Source of the DNA: Acidobacteriota bacterium
GTDB taxonomy: Bacteria; Acidobacteriota; UBA890; WLXD01
Direction: 5' to 3'
Length of the DNA: 64,000 bases
NCBI GenBank assembly: GCA_963666055.2
Contig: CAXWPH010000014.1
Coordinates: 64,001 to 128,000, forward strand
Below, piece after piece: positions 29,281 to 39,879 of the stretch (positions are counted from its first letter, which is position 1; each line of letters starts with the position of its first letter). A program made the translations under genes and the position numbers. The notes beneath the pieces are model-generated. The model saw only the letters and a list, made by a program, of their open reading frames with translations. It was not told the DNA's origin and did no database searches.

Positions 29281-31121
29281 TAGCGACTCCGTACCCGCAC
29301 TTCGATCTTCTGGGAGCCGCTGACCACGTAGTCAACCGGCTGCACAGTCTCCAGAATCAGTGCACGATCGAGCTGCAGCACGTCGCCTCTTGCCCGCTCG
29401 GAGCTCAACACTTGTAGGACCGAGGGAGGTAACGCGGGCAGCGTCTCTGCGTTCAGCAGCACTCCCGCGACGGCGCGCGTCGCCTGCATGTACAGCCGAT
29501 CATTGCGGCGGAGATTGTTCAACACCCGGATCATTTGAGCGAGATTCCGCGGCCGGTTGGCTCCCTGAATCGCGGTGGCCTCCTGCTGCTCGATCGACGC
29601 CGCATCGCCAACCACAAGCGTCACCGGGCCAGGCGGCGTGCCCGGCGGCACGGTGAACTTCAGTTGCTCGAGAACCTCCGGCCCGCGAAATGGCTTCAGC
29701 GCCACCGTCAACGTCACCGTCTCGCCCGGTCTGACGCTCGCCCGGTCGTACCAAACGCGGCTGATCGTCGCGCTTCTGCGATCGTGCCGCAGCTTGATGG
29801 ACAGCTCGATCCCCCGCACATCGATGGGCTCGAACGCGTTGTCGTAAAGCGCCCCGAAGACACCGGCCAGGGTGGACGACAGCGATAGGATCGCCTGGTT
29901 GGGAGAGGAGAACAGGTTGTCGAAACGCACCGGATCGAGCTCGTCGCCAAGATCGATCTGTGCGTCGACCTCAATGGAGCCCTCACCGAAGGCACGGTCG
30001 AGGCTCTGTATACCGCTTACCAGGCCAAAGAACAGATACAGCGGCGTGATGAGCCGGTCGGCGACGATCTCGAAATCGAGGTGCTCCGTTCTTCCCGCCG
30101 CTTCGATCCGCGTGTGCACCGGGACCATCCGCGGCTGTTCGCCGATGATCCCCAGGATCGCCGCTTGCCGGTCCTGCCGAATGGCTCCTACCACCTGATC
30201 TCCGGCAACCGCCAGCTTAGAGGAAGCCTGCGAGCTGCTGAGCACGGTAATGACCTGCGCCGGGACCATCGGGAAGTCGACGTTGCCCCCGTGCAAGAAC
30301 GGGTGTCCGAAAGCGAGGAGCCGATTTCCATCGCGATACGTGACCGTACCGGAAGCGGTGATGTTGATGTCGCCTCGGACGAGTTGAACGGCAACCATGC
30401 CGCCCGGCTCGAGATTGGCTTCGATCTCCATCGAACCGGCGGTTCCGCCAAGCGTGGGCGTCCACCCGAGCACATCAAACAGTGGAGCGAGGCGCCCGAC
30501 GAGCGCCGGCGCCAATCCCGCAAAGGCGATCGGTGTCGAGATCGGCCGTATTCCTTGCATCGCCCCCTGCAGCGGCAGCAGCGCCTCCGCACCACCCGTG
30601 CCGGTCAGCAGATTGGCCGCAGCCTGCAGGACGAGCTCAGGCGAGACATCCACTGCCACTGACGTCCCCGAGCCGGCGGATTCGAGTGCCGACACCTGCA
30701 ACATGTCCTCGATGGATACGATCCCGGCGACCGCCTCGTGCCCGAAGTTCACCAAGCGATAGGCCACGGCGCCCACTAGGCGGCCGTCGATGTACACCGG
30801 ACTGCCGCTCATCCCAGCCAGCACCCCAGCGCGCTCGAGACCCAACCCGGTGAGCCGCGCGACGATCAGATCATGCCTCGGGAACACGTTGTGCAGCACA
30901 CCGAGCACCTCGGCGCTGAAGCTCTCGGGCTCCGTACCACGCACGACCGTATACCCGGTGCCCACCATGCCGACGCGGACCTCCGAGAAGCTCATCAGCT
31001 CGGGTGTCGACGCCGCGCTTGCCTGCACTCGTGGCGCCGAGCCCAGCGCCGGGCCGCCGGCAACGACAGCAAGCGCAAGGGCCCCAAGACATGGTCTGAG
31101 AAGATTGGCAGATCGGCTCAT
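29280..31121 (-). CDS. SpoIVB-family (S55) serine peptidase, signal peptide, permuted motif order
   Basis: AGMSGSPVYIDGRLVGAVAY and GTVTY..AFGHPF motifs; hydrophobic N-terminus; start trimmed to ATG 31121. Confidence 0.85.
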   Translation of the reverse strand: MSRSANLLRPCLGALALAVVAGGPALGSAPRVQASAASTPELMSFSEVRVGMVGTGYTVVRGTEPESFSAEVLGVLHNVFPRHDLIVARLTGLGLERAGVLAGMSGSPVYIDGRLVGAVAYRLVNFGHEAVAGIVSIEDMLQVSALESAGSGTSVAVDVSPELVLQAAANLLTGTGGAEALLPLQGAMQGIRPISTPIAFAGLAPALVGRLAPLFDVLGWTPTLGGTAGSMEIEANLEPGGMVAVQLVRGDINITASGTVTYRDGNRLLAFGHPFLHGGNVDFPMVPAQVITVLSSSQASSKLAVAGDQVVGAIRQDRQAAILGIIGEQPRMVPVHTRIEAAGRTEHLDFEIVADRLITPLYLFFGLVSGIQSLDRAFGEGSIEVDAQIDLGDELDPVRFDNLFSSPNQAILSLSSTLAGVFGALYDNAFEPIDVRGIELSIKLRHDRRSATISRVWYDRASVRPGETVTLTVALKPFRGPEVLEQLKFTVPPGTPPGPVTLVVGDAASIEQQEATAIQGANRPRNLAQMIRVLNNLRRNDRLYMQATRAVAGVLLNAETLPALPPSVLQVLSSERARGDVLQLDRALILETVQPVDYVVSGSQKIEVRVRSR

Positions 31122-31261
31122 GGTGCTCGAAAAAAGGGACCGCGGGGGTGGTTTCATGCTAGCAGGGGCCGCTCGCGGCGCACAACGCAACCGGATCGCG
31201 TCGGCTTCCAACCGAGAGCGCCGGTCGGCCTGCTATCGGGCCCGGGAAGGGCCATGGGGCC

Positions 31262-33274
31262 CTACATACGCTCCGGAAGCGGGATGCCGAGCAGGTCGAG
31301 AACTGCGGATAGTCGCTTCTGGAAGGCATAGGCCACCAGAAGGCGGAGCGCGCGGTCGTCCTCGTCGTCCGCCTGCAGGATCGGGTAACCGTGGTAAAAG
31401 CGGCTGAAGTGCTGCGCCAAGGTAAAGGCGTAGCGCGCCAGGCTCGAGATCTCCAGCGAGCTGGCTGTCTGGCTCAGCACCTCCCTATAGCCGCCCAGGG
31501 CAAGCACCAGGCTCCAGAGCTGCCCGTCGTCCTCCTGCAGGCGTGCCCCGATAGCGGCGCGATCGATAGCCAGCGCGCTGTCTTCGCCCCTCAACGCTGC
31601 TTCGAGAGCCTCGGACGCGTCCGCACCCAGTCGCTCCGATAGCTTGTCGAAGATTCGCGCCGCGCGCACCGCCGCATACTGGATATACGGCCCGGTCTCG
31701 CCCTCGAAGTTGAGTGCCTCGTTGAGGTCGAAGACGATGACCGTGTTCCGCGCGTATCGGAGCAGAAAGTAGCGGGCCGCCCCGACCGCGATCTGGGCGC
31801 CAATCGCCGCCTGCGCATCCGGCGCGAGGTGCTCGTTGCGACTAGCCACCTCGGCAGTAGCGCGGCGAACCAGCTCATCGAGTAGATCGTCCGCCTTGAC
31901 CCCATGTCCGCGCCGACCGGACATCTCGATGAACTGCCGATCTTCGGCGCCCGTCCCAGGTTCGGCCGCCGCGATCGGAATACCGAGCGCTTTTGCCGTT
32001 CGCGGCGACAGTGCAACCATCTCGTAGTCGAAGTGCGTGAAGCTATCGCCGGCCGCATCCTCGCCGATCAGATAGAAGGCCTGCTCGACGATCGACTGCA
32101 GATACGACTGCCGGACGTCGATGACCGAGATGGCCCGGTCGGCGCGACCGAATCGCGCCTCCAGGCCAGCTCCCGACGTCGTGCGCCACACTCGGCTGCC
32201 GTCGCGCTTGGGGCGACTTCCCGGCATGATCTCGTAGTTGAAGTCTCGTTCCAGTAGCCCGTACTTCCAGAAGTGGTGGGCGATGTCCTTGGCCACATAC
32301 GTAGCCGTACCGTTCGAGCGCACCAGAACCTTGTCGGCCTCCTCGAGCTGCTCGAAGCCCTCCGTGCCGCTCAGACGTATTACCCAGCAGCCGGCGTGCT
32401 TACCCTCCTCTACGAAGACGACTTGAGGGCTCGACTTGAGGCGCTCAAACGCCTCCGACCACAGATCGAGCTCCAGGATGTCGCCCTCCTTTACCAACAG
32501 GTCGTATTCGATTCCCAGTCGCCCCATGGTGAGCAAGTGGCGCGCCACGACGCGCTCGGCGACTACGCGGCCCATCTCGGCCTCGACGCTGTCGCCCTCC
32601 TCCAGCGCCAGCAATACCTCGCGGCGCCTCTCGGCTAGCCCTTCATCGTCCTGCAGGCGAGCGCTCACTTCCGTATACAGGTCCCAGCAGAGGTAGTCGA
32701 AGGGCTCGGGAAGCTCACGGACCTCATCGGGTGACAAACGGCGCACGTCGAGGAAGCCGATCACCACATCGGCGACCTGCACGCCCGTATCATCGATGTA
32801 GTTGTGGACCTCGACCGGGTGTCCGACCGTCGCGCAGATCTTCGCCAGCGTGTCACCCATACACGCGTTCCGGAGGTGTCCGACGTGCGCCGCCTTGTTG
32901 GGGTTTACGCTGGTGTGCTCGATCAAGATCTTCTCGCGCCGCCCCGCCGGCACACCGTCGTCGAGGCCGTCGACTAGCCTCAGCAGGGCAGCCCCACGGT
33001 CGAGGTGGGCGTTGAGGAATCCGGGCCCGGCGATGCTCCATGACAACACACCAGCAACGGTGGACGTCTCCAGACACTCGATTAGTTGTTGCGCTAGCTC
33101 GCGGGGGTTGCGGCCCAGCTTCTTGGACAGCTGCAGAGCTATGGCGCACGCCAGGTCGCCCACCTCGGGCCGAGGTGGATCCTCGACCTGCGGCAACTCG
33201 ATCTGCTCACCAGTAACAGCGGCCACCGCAACTCGGATCGCCTCCGCGACGTGTGACCTCAATGTCTGCAGCAA
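31262..33274 (-). CDS. argS: Arginine--tRNA ligase
   Basis: GPGFLN, EHTSVNPNKAAHVGHLRN, MSGRRG, GETGPYIQYA, C-terminal ERM. Confidence 0.95.
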   Translation of the reverse strand: MLQTLRSHVAEAIRVAVAAVTGEQIELPQVEDPPRPEVGDLACAIALQLSKKLGRNPRELAQQLIECLETSTVAGVLSWSIAGPGFLNAHLDRGAALLRLVDGLDDGVPAGRREKILIEHTSVNPNKAAHVGHLRNACMGDTLAKICATVGHPVEVHNYIDDTGVQVADVVIGFLDVRRLSPDEVRELPEPFDYLCWDLYTEVSARLQDDEGLAERRREVLLALEEGDSVEAEMGRVVAERVVARHLLTMGRLGIEYDLLVKEGDILELDLWSEAFERLKSSPQVVFVEEGKHAGCWVIRLSGTEGFEQLEEADKVLVRSNGTATYVAKDIAHHFWKYGLLERDFNYEIMPGSRPKRDGSRVWRTTSGAGLEARFGRADRAISVIDVRQSYLQSIVEQAFYLIGEDAAGDSFTHFDYEMVALSPRTAKALGIPIAAAEPGTGAEDRQFIEMSGRRGHGVKADDLLDELVRRATAEVASRNEHLAPDAQAAIGAQIAVGAARYFLLRYARNTVIVFDLNEALNFEGETGPYIQYAAVRAARIFDKLSERLGADASEALEAALRGEDSALAIDRAAIGARLQEDDGQLWSLVLALGGYREVLSQTASSLEISSLARYAFTLAQHFSRFYHGYPILQADDEDDRALRLLVAYAFQKRLSAVLDLLGIPLPERM

Positions 33275-33401
33275 GCTCTCTCTCCCGATGCGCCGAGCGC
33301 TGGGGCGTCAACGTCGTAGCCAATGCCCCAGGGCTTCGAGCCCGTGATATGTGCAGAGCCGTCAGGCTACCGCGTTCAGCGGGTTGGCCTTCTCATCTCA
33401 A

Positions 33402-34067
33402 CTAGAACGGCAACGTCCCCTGCACGCGGAACGTACGGCGGTGTACTTCAGAAAATCCCCGGCTCATGATCGCAGCGCGATGCTCAGCAGTGGCGTATCC
33501 CATATTGCGACTCAGCCCGTAACCACGAATGCTCTTGTCATACTGCCGGATGAGATCGTCGCGCACACACTTGGCGACTATGGATGCGGCAGCGATAGAA
33601 CAGCACCGCGCGTCACCCTTGATGATCGGAGTTTGCGGAATATCGAGAACGTCGAGCTCCATGGCGTCGATCAGCAAATGATCGGGGCGCCTTCGCAGCC
33701 CACGTACTGCCCTGACCATAGCGAGCCGCGAGGCTCGCAGGATATTGATCTGGTCGATCTCGGCGGCCGACGCCAAGCCTATCGCCCAGTCGATCGCGTG
33801 CTCCTGCAGTTGGATGAATAGCTCGAGCCGATGAGCGGCACTAAGCTGCTTGGAGTCGTTCAGCCCGGCCACCGGAATCTCCGGATCCAGGACCACCGCC
33901 GCGGCCAGCACGGGCCCGAACAGAGCGCCGCGACCTACCTCATCGATCCCCGCGACGTGTTCCGCTCCGCGTCGCTGCAGGTCCGCCTCGAACGGCTCCA
34001 TCGCCACAAGCTGCAGCGGCACGGGCTCAGCGGAGGCGCTTTTCCTTGATCCGAGCTGCCTTGCCAC
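33402..34067 (-). CDS. rnhB: Ribonuclease HII
   Basis: [32 protein letters not shown]; start may be 34001. Confidence 0.95.
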   Translation of the reverse strand: MARQLGSRKSASAEPVPLQLVAMEPFEADLQRRGAEHVAGIDEVGRGALFGPVLAAAVVLDPEIPVAGLNDSKQLSAAHRLELFIQLQEHAIDWAIGLASAAEIDQINILRASRLAMVRAVRGLRRRPDHLLIDAMELDVLDIPQTPIIKGDARCCSIAAASIVAKCVRDDLIRQYDKSIRGYGLSRNMGYATAEHRAAIMSRGFSEVHRRTFRVQGTLPF

Positions 34068-34380
34068 GCAGCTCGCGAAGGTAGTAAAGCTTGGCGCGAC
34101 GCACCTTGCCCAACCGGACCACCTCGATCTTCTCGATGTTCGGCGAGTGCAGCGGAAAGATGCGCTCGACGCCGATACCCGAGGAGATCTTACGCACCGT
34201 AAAGGTGGCGTTCGTGCGGCTGCCGCGGCGGCCGATCACCACACCTTCGAATACCTGGATTCGTTGCTTGTTCCCCTCGATCACGCGCAAGTGCACCTTG
34301 ACCGTGTCGCCGGCAGCGAACTCCGGCCGATCGTCGCACATGTACGGGGCGTCGACGGCGTTCAGTAGTTCCATTGTCAT
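34027..34380 (-). CDS. rplS: 50S ribosomal protein L19
   Basis: [29 protein letters not shown]. Confidence 0.97.
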   Translation of the reverse strand: MTMELLNAVDAPYMCDDRPEFAAGDTVKVHLRVIEGNKQRIQVFEGVVIGRRGSRTNATFTVRKISSGIGVERIFPLHSPNIEKIEVVRLGKVRRAKLYYLRELRGKAARIKEKRLR

Positions 34381-34441
34381 CGTTCGTCCACTCCTGCGCC
34401 GGTCGGTCGAATGAGGGCCGCGCTGCCGGGCGCGTCGGGCG

Positions 34442-35230
34442 CTATTGTACCTCAGTAGAGCCTTTCTCGCGGTCGCTCTCGCCGCCGCGTAGCAGCGCAT
34501 CGACGAAGCGCCGATCCTCGCGATTGAGCTCCATTCCGTCGAGCAGATCGGGTCGCTTCAACGCAGTGTTGCGGAGAGCCTCCCGGCGCCTCCAGCGCTC
34601 AACAGCAGCGTGATTTCCCGACCGCAGCACCTCGGGTACCCGCCGCCCGGCGTACTCCGCCGGTCGCGTGTAGTGCGGATGATCGAGAAGTCCATCGACG
34701 AACGAGTCGTGCCGCGCCGAGTCCGGATCGCCCAATGCGCTCGGTATCAGCCGTACGACGCACTCGATGAGCACCATAGCGGCCAGTTCCCCGCCGGTCA
34801 GCACATAATCGCCAATTGATAGCTCGAGATCGATGCGATGCTGACGTACACGCTCGTCAACGCCTTCGTAACGACCGCAGACCAGCGTGAGTTGACAAGC
34901 GGTTGCAAGCTCCTGCGCCAGGCTGTGATCAAGCCGCCGTCCCTGTGGGGTGAGTAACGCCACCAGGCCGGGTTGGAGCTTGTTCGAACGAACGCTGGTG
35001 GCGACATGATCGAGGGCGCGGTACAACGGCTCCGGTTTGTAGACCATTCCGGCACCGCCGCCGAACGGCTCGTCATCGACCTGGCGGTGCGGTGGGTCCG
35101 CGAAGTCGCGAAGATCGTGGACTTGGATAGAGAACAGGCCCCGTTCGTGGGCCTTGCCTATGACCCCGGCAGCGAGCGGGCCCGGGAACATTCCCGGGAA
35201 AATCGTAATGATGTCGAAACGATGGCTCAT
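34442..35230 (-). CDS. trmD: tRNA (guanine37-N1)-methyltransferase
   Basis: [33 protein letters not shown]. Confidence 0.97.
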   Translation of the reverse strand: MSHRFDIITIFPGMFPGPLAAGVIGKAHERGLFSIQVHDLRDFADPPHRQVDDEPFGGGAGMVYKPEPLYRALDHVATSVRSNKLQPGLVALLTPQGRRLDHSLAQELATACQLTLVCGRYEGVDERVRQHRIDLELSIGDYVLTGGELAAMVLIECVVRLIPSALGDPDSARHDSFVDGLLDHPHYTRPAEYAGRRVPEVLRSGNHAAVERWRRREALRNTALKRPDLLDGMELNREDRRFVDALLRGGESDREKGSTEVQ

Positions 35231-35231
35231 C

Positions 35232-35759
35232 TCAGCCCTGACGCTTCTGGCCATTGACCTCGAGCAGGCCGTCGGGCAAGCGCACTACGATGTGTCGGGC
35301 AGCGGGATCCGTGCTGACGAGCCACTCCCTCACCATTGGAACAAGGACGGTTTCGCCGTCCCACGCTACCTCGAGCATGTCGTGAGTGCCCTCCACAACG
35401 GCGATCACCCGTCCTTCGCCGCCGCCGCCCGCGTCCTCGACACTGTACCCAACCAGATCATCGACGTACCACTCGCCGGCGGGCAGCTCGGCCAGCCGAT
35501 CGCGTTTCACCTGCACGTCCGCTCCCCGAAGGCACTCGGCGTCGTCGCGATCGTCGCAGCCGTCGAGCGTCACCAGCAACCGGCCCTGGTGCGAGCGCAC
35601 GGATCCGATTCGGTACGGGGTCGGTCTCCCGACCCAGATCGGGGCTGACGGCGAGAGCGAGCCCAACGTGTCCCCGAGGGGAACGATCACGAGCTCGCCC
35701 CGCAATCCGTGGGGCTTGATTACCCGTCCTACCCGAACAAGATCGGGCTCGCCGCCCAT
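35232..35759 (-). CDS. rimM: Ribosome maturation factor RimM
   Basis: VGRVIKPHGLRGE, YVDDLVG; canonical position before trmD. Confidence 0.93.
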   Translation of the reverse strand: MGGEPDLVRVGRVIKPHGLRGELVIVPLGDTLGSLSPSAPIWVGRPTPYRIGSVRSHQGRLLVTLDGCDDRDDAECLRGADVQVKRDRLAELPAGEWYVDDLVGYSVEDAGGGGEGRVIAVVEGTHDMLEVAWDGETVLVPMVREWLVSTDPAARHIVVRLPDGLLEVNGQKRQG

Positions 35760-35764
35760 GGTGC

Positions 35765-36001
35765 CTATTCGAGGATCTCGAGAACTGCCCGCATCTCGTG
35801 CTTCATACCAGCGGCAGCGAGCAGCGTGCGCATGGCACGCGCCGTGCGCCCTTGCTTGCCGATCACCTTGCCGAGGTCGCCCTGCGCCACCCGGAGCTCC
35901 AGCACTGTCGTCTGCTCGCCCTGAACCTCGGTGACGACTACGTCGTCGGGGTTGTCGACCAGGGCACGTGCTACCTCTTCGATCATCCGCTTGAGATTCA
36001 T
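35765..36001 (-). CDS. khpA: KH-domain RNA-binding protein
   Basis: [23 protein letters not shown]; between rpsP and rimM. Confidence 0.92.
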   Translation of the reverse strand: MNLKRMIEEVARALVDNPDDVVVTEVQGEQTTVLELRVAQGDLGKVIGKQGRTARAMRTLLAAAGMKHEMRAVLEILE

Positions 36002-36077
36002 CGATCGCACCTCTTCTTCAGCGTTGTTCATCAGTTCGTGGTGGTTGCGATCAGGTCGGTCGCGCCGGCTTTGGTAC

Positions 36078-36551
36078 TCAGACCTCGTTCGACTTTTCCT
36101 CAGCCTCTTCATCCGCCGAGGCGTCGCCCTCTACCTCTCCTTCCGCCGCATCCGCATCCGCTGCCGGCTCGGCGTCAGCTTCCTCGGCCGCCTGCTGAGC
36201 AACGGGGTCGCCCTCGGCGTCGGCGCTCACGTCAGCTGCCTCCACTTCTGCCGCCGCTTCGAGCTCCGCGTCGCTCGGAGCCGCAGGCGGGGCCTCGGAC
36301 ACCTCCTCCACGCTGCCCCTTTTTGCGCGCCGATAGAGACTACGAACAGTGTCGCTCATGCGGGCGCCTTGGCCGAGCCAGGTCTCAGTCCGTTCCATGT
36401 TGAAGAAGACCTCGGCCGGCTGTTGGCGCGGATGATAGTGCCCCAGGATCTCCAAGAACGCGCCATCACGGCCCGCCGCCCGGTCGGCAACGACGACACG
36501 ATAGTGCGGATCCTTCTTGGCGCCCGTACGACGCAAGCGAATCATCAGCAC
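36078..36551 (-). CDS. rpsP: 30S ribosomal protein S16 with acidic C-terminal tail
   Basis: [25 protein letters not shown]. Confidence 0.96.
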   Translation of the reverse strand: MLMIRLRRTGAKKDPHYRVVVADRAAGRDGAFLEILGHYHPRQQPAEVFFNMERTETWLGQGARMSDTVRSLYRRAKRGSVEEVSEAPPAAPSDAELEAAAEVEAADVSADAEGDPVAQQAAEEADAEPAADADAAEGEVEGDASADEEAEEKSNEV

Positions 36552-36600
36552 GATGTTCCTCCTCTCACAGGTTATAACCGGAGCCTATGCGATCTTCGGA

Positions 36601-37932
36601 TCACAGACCCGGCAGGTTCGCCCAACGCATTCCGCCTCGACCCTTTTTGCCGAGCTTCTTCATCATCTTCTTTGTCTGGGCGAATCGTTTGAGTAGTCGA
36701 TTGACGTCTGGTACGCCGCTGCCGCTGCCTGCCGCTATCCTTAGCTTACGGCTGCGGCTGATGATCTGCGGTCGCCTCCGCTCTTGCACGGTCATCGAAT
36801 CGATGATCGCTTGGATCTTGCGCAGCTCGTCCTCGTCAGGCGCCATCTGTTTCAGGCCCGGAGTCGAGCTCGCCCCCGGAAGCATCTCGAGCAGCTCCGA
36901 AAACGGCCCCATTTTGCGAATCTGAGACAGCTGCTGCTGGAAGTCCTCGAGGTTGAGATCGCCACGCCGGGCACGCTTCTCCATATTTGCAGCGGCTTCG
37001 ACGTCAACATTTTCCTGCACCTTCTCGATGAGCGTCAGCACATCTCCCATACCGAGGACGCGCGAGGCTACCCGATCAGGGTGAAAGATCTCCAAGTCGT
37101 CGATCCCCTCACCCATCCCGGCGAAAAAGATCGGCAATCCCGTGACCGCCACCAGCGACAGCGCAGCGCCTCCTCGCGCGTCGCCGTCGAGCTTGGTCAA
37201 CACGTGGCCGTCGAGCTCTAGCGCCTCACCGAATGCCGTCGCTGCCTGGACGGCATCCTGGCCAACCATCGCGTCGGCGACATAGAGCACGCTCTCCGGG
37301 CTCACCCTGCTCGCAATGTCCTTGACCTCCGACATCATCTCGGCGTCGATGTGAAGGCGGCCGGCGGTATCCACCAGCAAGACATCGTCGCCGCGTCGTC
37401 GCGCCGCCGCGAGCGCCGCTCCCGCCAAGCCGACTGCCGTCGATTCGTCGCCGTCGTAGACGTGCAGGTTGGCGCTCTCGCCAAGAATCCGCAGCTGATC
37501 GCGCGCCGCCGGCCGATACACATCGACGCTTACCAAGTGTGGTGATCGGCCTCGCGAGCGCAGCCAGTTCCCGAGCTTGGCAACCGTGGTTGTCTTGCCC
37601 GTACCTTGCAGGCCAACAACCATGAGCACATGCGGCGTCGGGCCGTCCAATCGAAGCTGCTGCGGCGCCCCTCCGAGCAGCTCGATGAGCTCCTCATGAA
37701 CGATCTTGATCACCTGTTGGCCTGGCGACAGTGAGCCCGTCACCTCTTCGCCCAGCGCCTTGTCCTTGATGCGTGCCAGGAACTTCTTGACGACAGCGAA
37801 GTGAACGTCGGCCTCGAGCAGCGCCAGTCGGAGATCACGGGCTACTTCTGCGAAGCTCGCCTCGTCGATCTTGACGGTGCCGCGGAGCTTACGCAGCGTC
37901 CCCTGCAGGCGTTCGGTGAGGTGCTCGAACAT
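36601..37932 (-). CDS. ffh: Signal recognition particle protein
   Basis: LLEADV, GLQGTGKTT, DTAGR, TKLDGDARGG, M domain RIAAGSG. Confidence 0.97.
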   Translation of the reverse strand: MFEHLTERLQGTLRKLRGTVKIDEASFAEVARDLRLALLEADVHFAVVKKFLARIKDKALGEEVTGSLSPGQQVIKIVHEELIELLGGAPQQLRLDGPTPHVLMVVGLQGTGKTTTVAKLGNWLRSRGRSPHLVSVDVYRPAARDQLRILGESANLHVYDGDESTAVGLAGAALAAARRRGDDVLLVDTAGRLHIDAEMMSEVKDIASRVSPESVLYVADAMVGQDAVQAATAFGEALELDGHVLTKLDGDARGGAALSLVAVTGLPIFFAGMGEGIDDLEIFHPDRVASRVLGMGDVLTLIEKVQENVDVEAAANMEKRARRGDLNLEDFQQQLSQIRKMGPFSELLEMLPGASSTPGLKQMAPDEDELRKIQAIIDSMTVQERRRPQIISRSRKLRIAAGSGSGVPDVNRLLKRFAQTKKMMKKLGKKGRGGMRWANLPGL

Positions 37933-37953
37933 GCGTCCGTGGGTCTCCGAGAC

Positions 37954-39159
37954 TCAGACAGACTCGAGTCTGTGGCCGAGCTTGTCTTTCTTGGTCTTGA
38001 GATAACGGCGCGTCATCTCCGACTGCGGAGGAATCTCGATGGGTACCCGTTCGGTGATTTCCAGCCCGTACCCCGACAGCCCCACGAACTTGCGTGGGTT
38101 GTTGGTCATCACACGCAACTTCGAAGCACCCAGATCGGTCAGCATCTGAGCACCAATACCATACTCGCGCTGATCCGCTTTGAAGCCAAGCGCTTCATTG
38201 GCCTCGACCGTATCGGCGCCCTGGTCCTGAAGCTCATAGGCCCGCAGCTTGTTGTGTAGCCCAATCCCGCGACCTTCCTGGCGCAGGTAGATGATGATGC
38301 CCCGGCCCTCGTCTGCGATGAGTCGCATAGCGAACTCCAGTTGCTGGCCGCAGTCGCACCGCACGGACCCGAACACATCTCCGGTCAGGCACTCGGAATG
38401 CACCCGGACCAGAACCGGCTCAATAGTGCTCACGTCGCCCATCACCAGCGCCACGTGCTCCTTCCCATCAAGTTCGTTCTCGTAGGCGTAAATCCGAAAG
38501 TCGCCGTGCCGGGTGGGCAGCTCCGGCGATGCCACCCTCCTCACGAATCGTTCGGTCTGCAACCGATACTGAATAAGGTCAGCGATGGCCACCACCTTGA
38601 TGCCGTGTAGCTCGGCGAAACGCTCGAGGTCAGGGACGCGCGCCATCGTGCCGTCCTCGTTCATCACTTCGCAGATGACGCCCGCTGGGTAGAGTCCGGC
38701 AATTCGCGCCAGATCGACCGCGGCCTCGGTCTGGCCGGCGCGCTGCAGCACGCCGCCGTCCACGGCGCGCAGCGGGAACATGTGACCGGGGCGCGCCAAG
38801 TCATCCGGCGATGTGTCGGGCTGAATCGCGGTAAGTACGGTGACGCTACGATCAGCGGCGGATATGCCCGTCGACACACCGCGCCTCGCCTCGATCGATA
38901 CACAGAATGCCGTGTTAAAACGCGAGGAATTCTCCGACACCATGAGCGGGATCTCAAGCTCCGCGAGGCGCTGGCGAGTCATCGACAGGCAGATCAGCCC
39001 GCGACCATGCTTGGCCATAAAGTTGATCGCCTCCGGCGTGACCTTCTCAGCGGCGATGGTCAGGTCGCCCTCGTTCTCCCGATCCTCATCGTCGACGACG
39101 ACCACCATGCGGCCGGCACGGATGTCGCCGATCGCCTCTTCAATGCTCGCAAAAGCCAT
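37954..39159 (-). CDS. ribBA: Bifunctional DHBP synthase / GTP cyclohydrolase II
   Basis: [40 protein letters not shown]. Confidence 0.97.
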   Translation of the reverse strand: MAFASIEEAIGDIRAGRMVVVVDDEDRENEGDLTIAAEKVTPEAINFMAKHGRGLICLSMTRQRLAELEIPLMVSENSSRFNTAFCVSIEARRGVSTGISAADRSVTVLTAIQPDTSPDDLARPGHMFPLRAVDGGVLQRAGQTEAAVDLARIAGLYPAGVICEVMNEDGTMARVPDLERFAELHGIKVVAIADLIQYRLQTERFVRRVASPELPTRHGDFRIYAYENELDGKEHVALVMGDVSTIEPVLVRVHSECLTGDVFGSVRCDCGQQLEFAMRLIADEGRGIIIYLRQEGRGIGLHNKLRAYELQDQGADTVEANEALGFKADQREYGIGAQMLTDLGASKLRVMTNNPRKFVGLSGYGLEITERVPIEIPPQSEMTRRYLKTKKDKLGHRLESV

Positions 39160-39175
39160 GGTGGCAGTCTTCCCG

Positions 39176-39814
39176 TCAGCCGGTACCGGAGCCTTCAGGG
39201 CCCTCGGCAGTAAGGCCGACTTCGCGTCTATGGTCGAGCTGTCGGGCTACGTATTTTCCCAGGATGTCGACTTCGAGGTTGAGCGTCTCGCAACGATCCT
39301 CGGAAATGAGGTTCGTCTGCTCGAGCGTATGCGGTACAAGTTGTACATCGAACAAGCGATCTTCGATGCTGGCGACGGTCAACGATACCCCGTTTACCGA
39401 CACCGAGCCTTTCGGCACGAGGTAGGCGCGCAGCCCGGCGGGGATTTCGAACGTAACGCGCAAGAAGTCCTCCTCGTCGAGCGTGCGCACGACGCGGGTC
39501 ACACCATCGACGTGCCCTTGGACAAAGTGTCCGCCGAATCGCTGCCCCACGCACAACGGGCGTTCGAGATTCACGGCAGTCCCGATCCGGTAAAGCGCTA
39601 CGTTGCTGCTCGCGATCGTCTCCGGGGAGACATCCGCCGAGAAAGCGTCGCCATCGATATCGAGCGCCGTCAGGCACACGCCGTCGACCGCGATGCTGTC
39701 ACCCTGCTCAAGCTCGGCGAGCACGCCCCTTGCCGCGATGCGAAGGCGCGAGCTTCTTGCGAGCGCTTCGACACCAACGACGACGCCGACTTCTTCGACC
39801 AAACCAGTGAACAT
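39176..39814 (-). CDS. ribE: Riboflavin synthase
   Basis: N-terminal [40 protein letters not shown]. Confidence 0.96.
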   Translation of the reverse strand: MFTGLVEEVGVVVGVEALARSSRLRIAARGVLAELEQGDSIAVDGVCLTALDIDGDAFSADVSPETIASSNVALYRIGTAVNLERPLCVGQRFGGHFVQGHVDGVTRVVRTLDEEDFLRVTFEIPAGLRAYLVPKGSVSVNGVSLTVASIEDRLFDVQLVPHTLEQTNLISEDRCETLNLEVDILGKYVARQLDHRREVGLTAEGPEGSGTG

Positions 39815-39879
39815 GACGATGAGGCTCCGACCGCCGTACACGTCGGTGGCGGGATGAAACGGAGGGTGGGTCCGGGACC

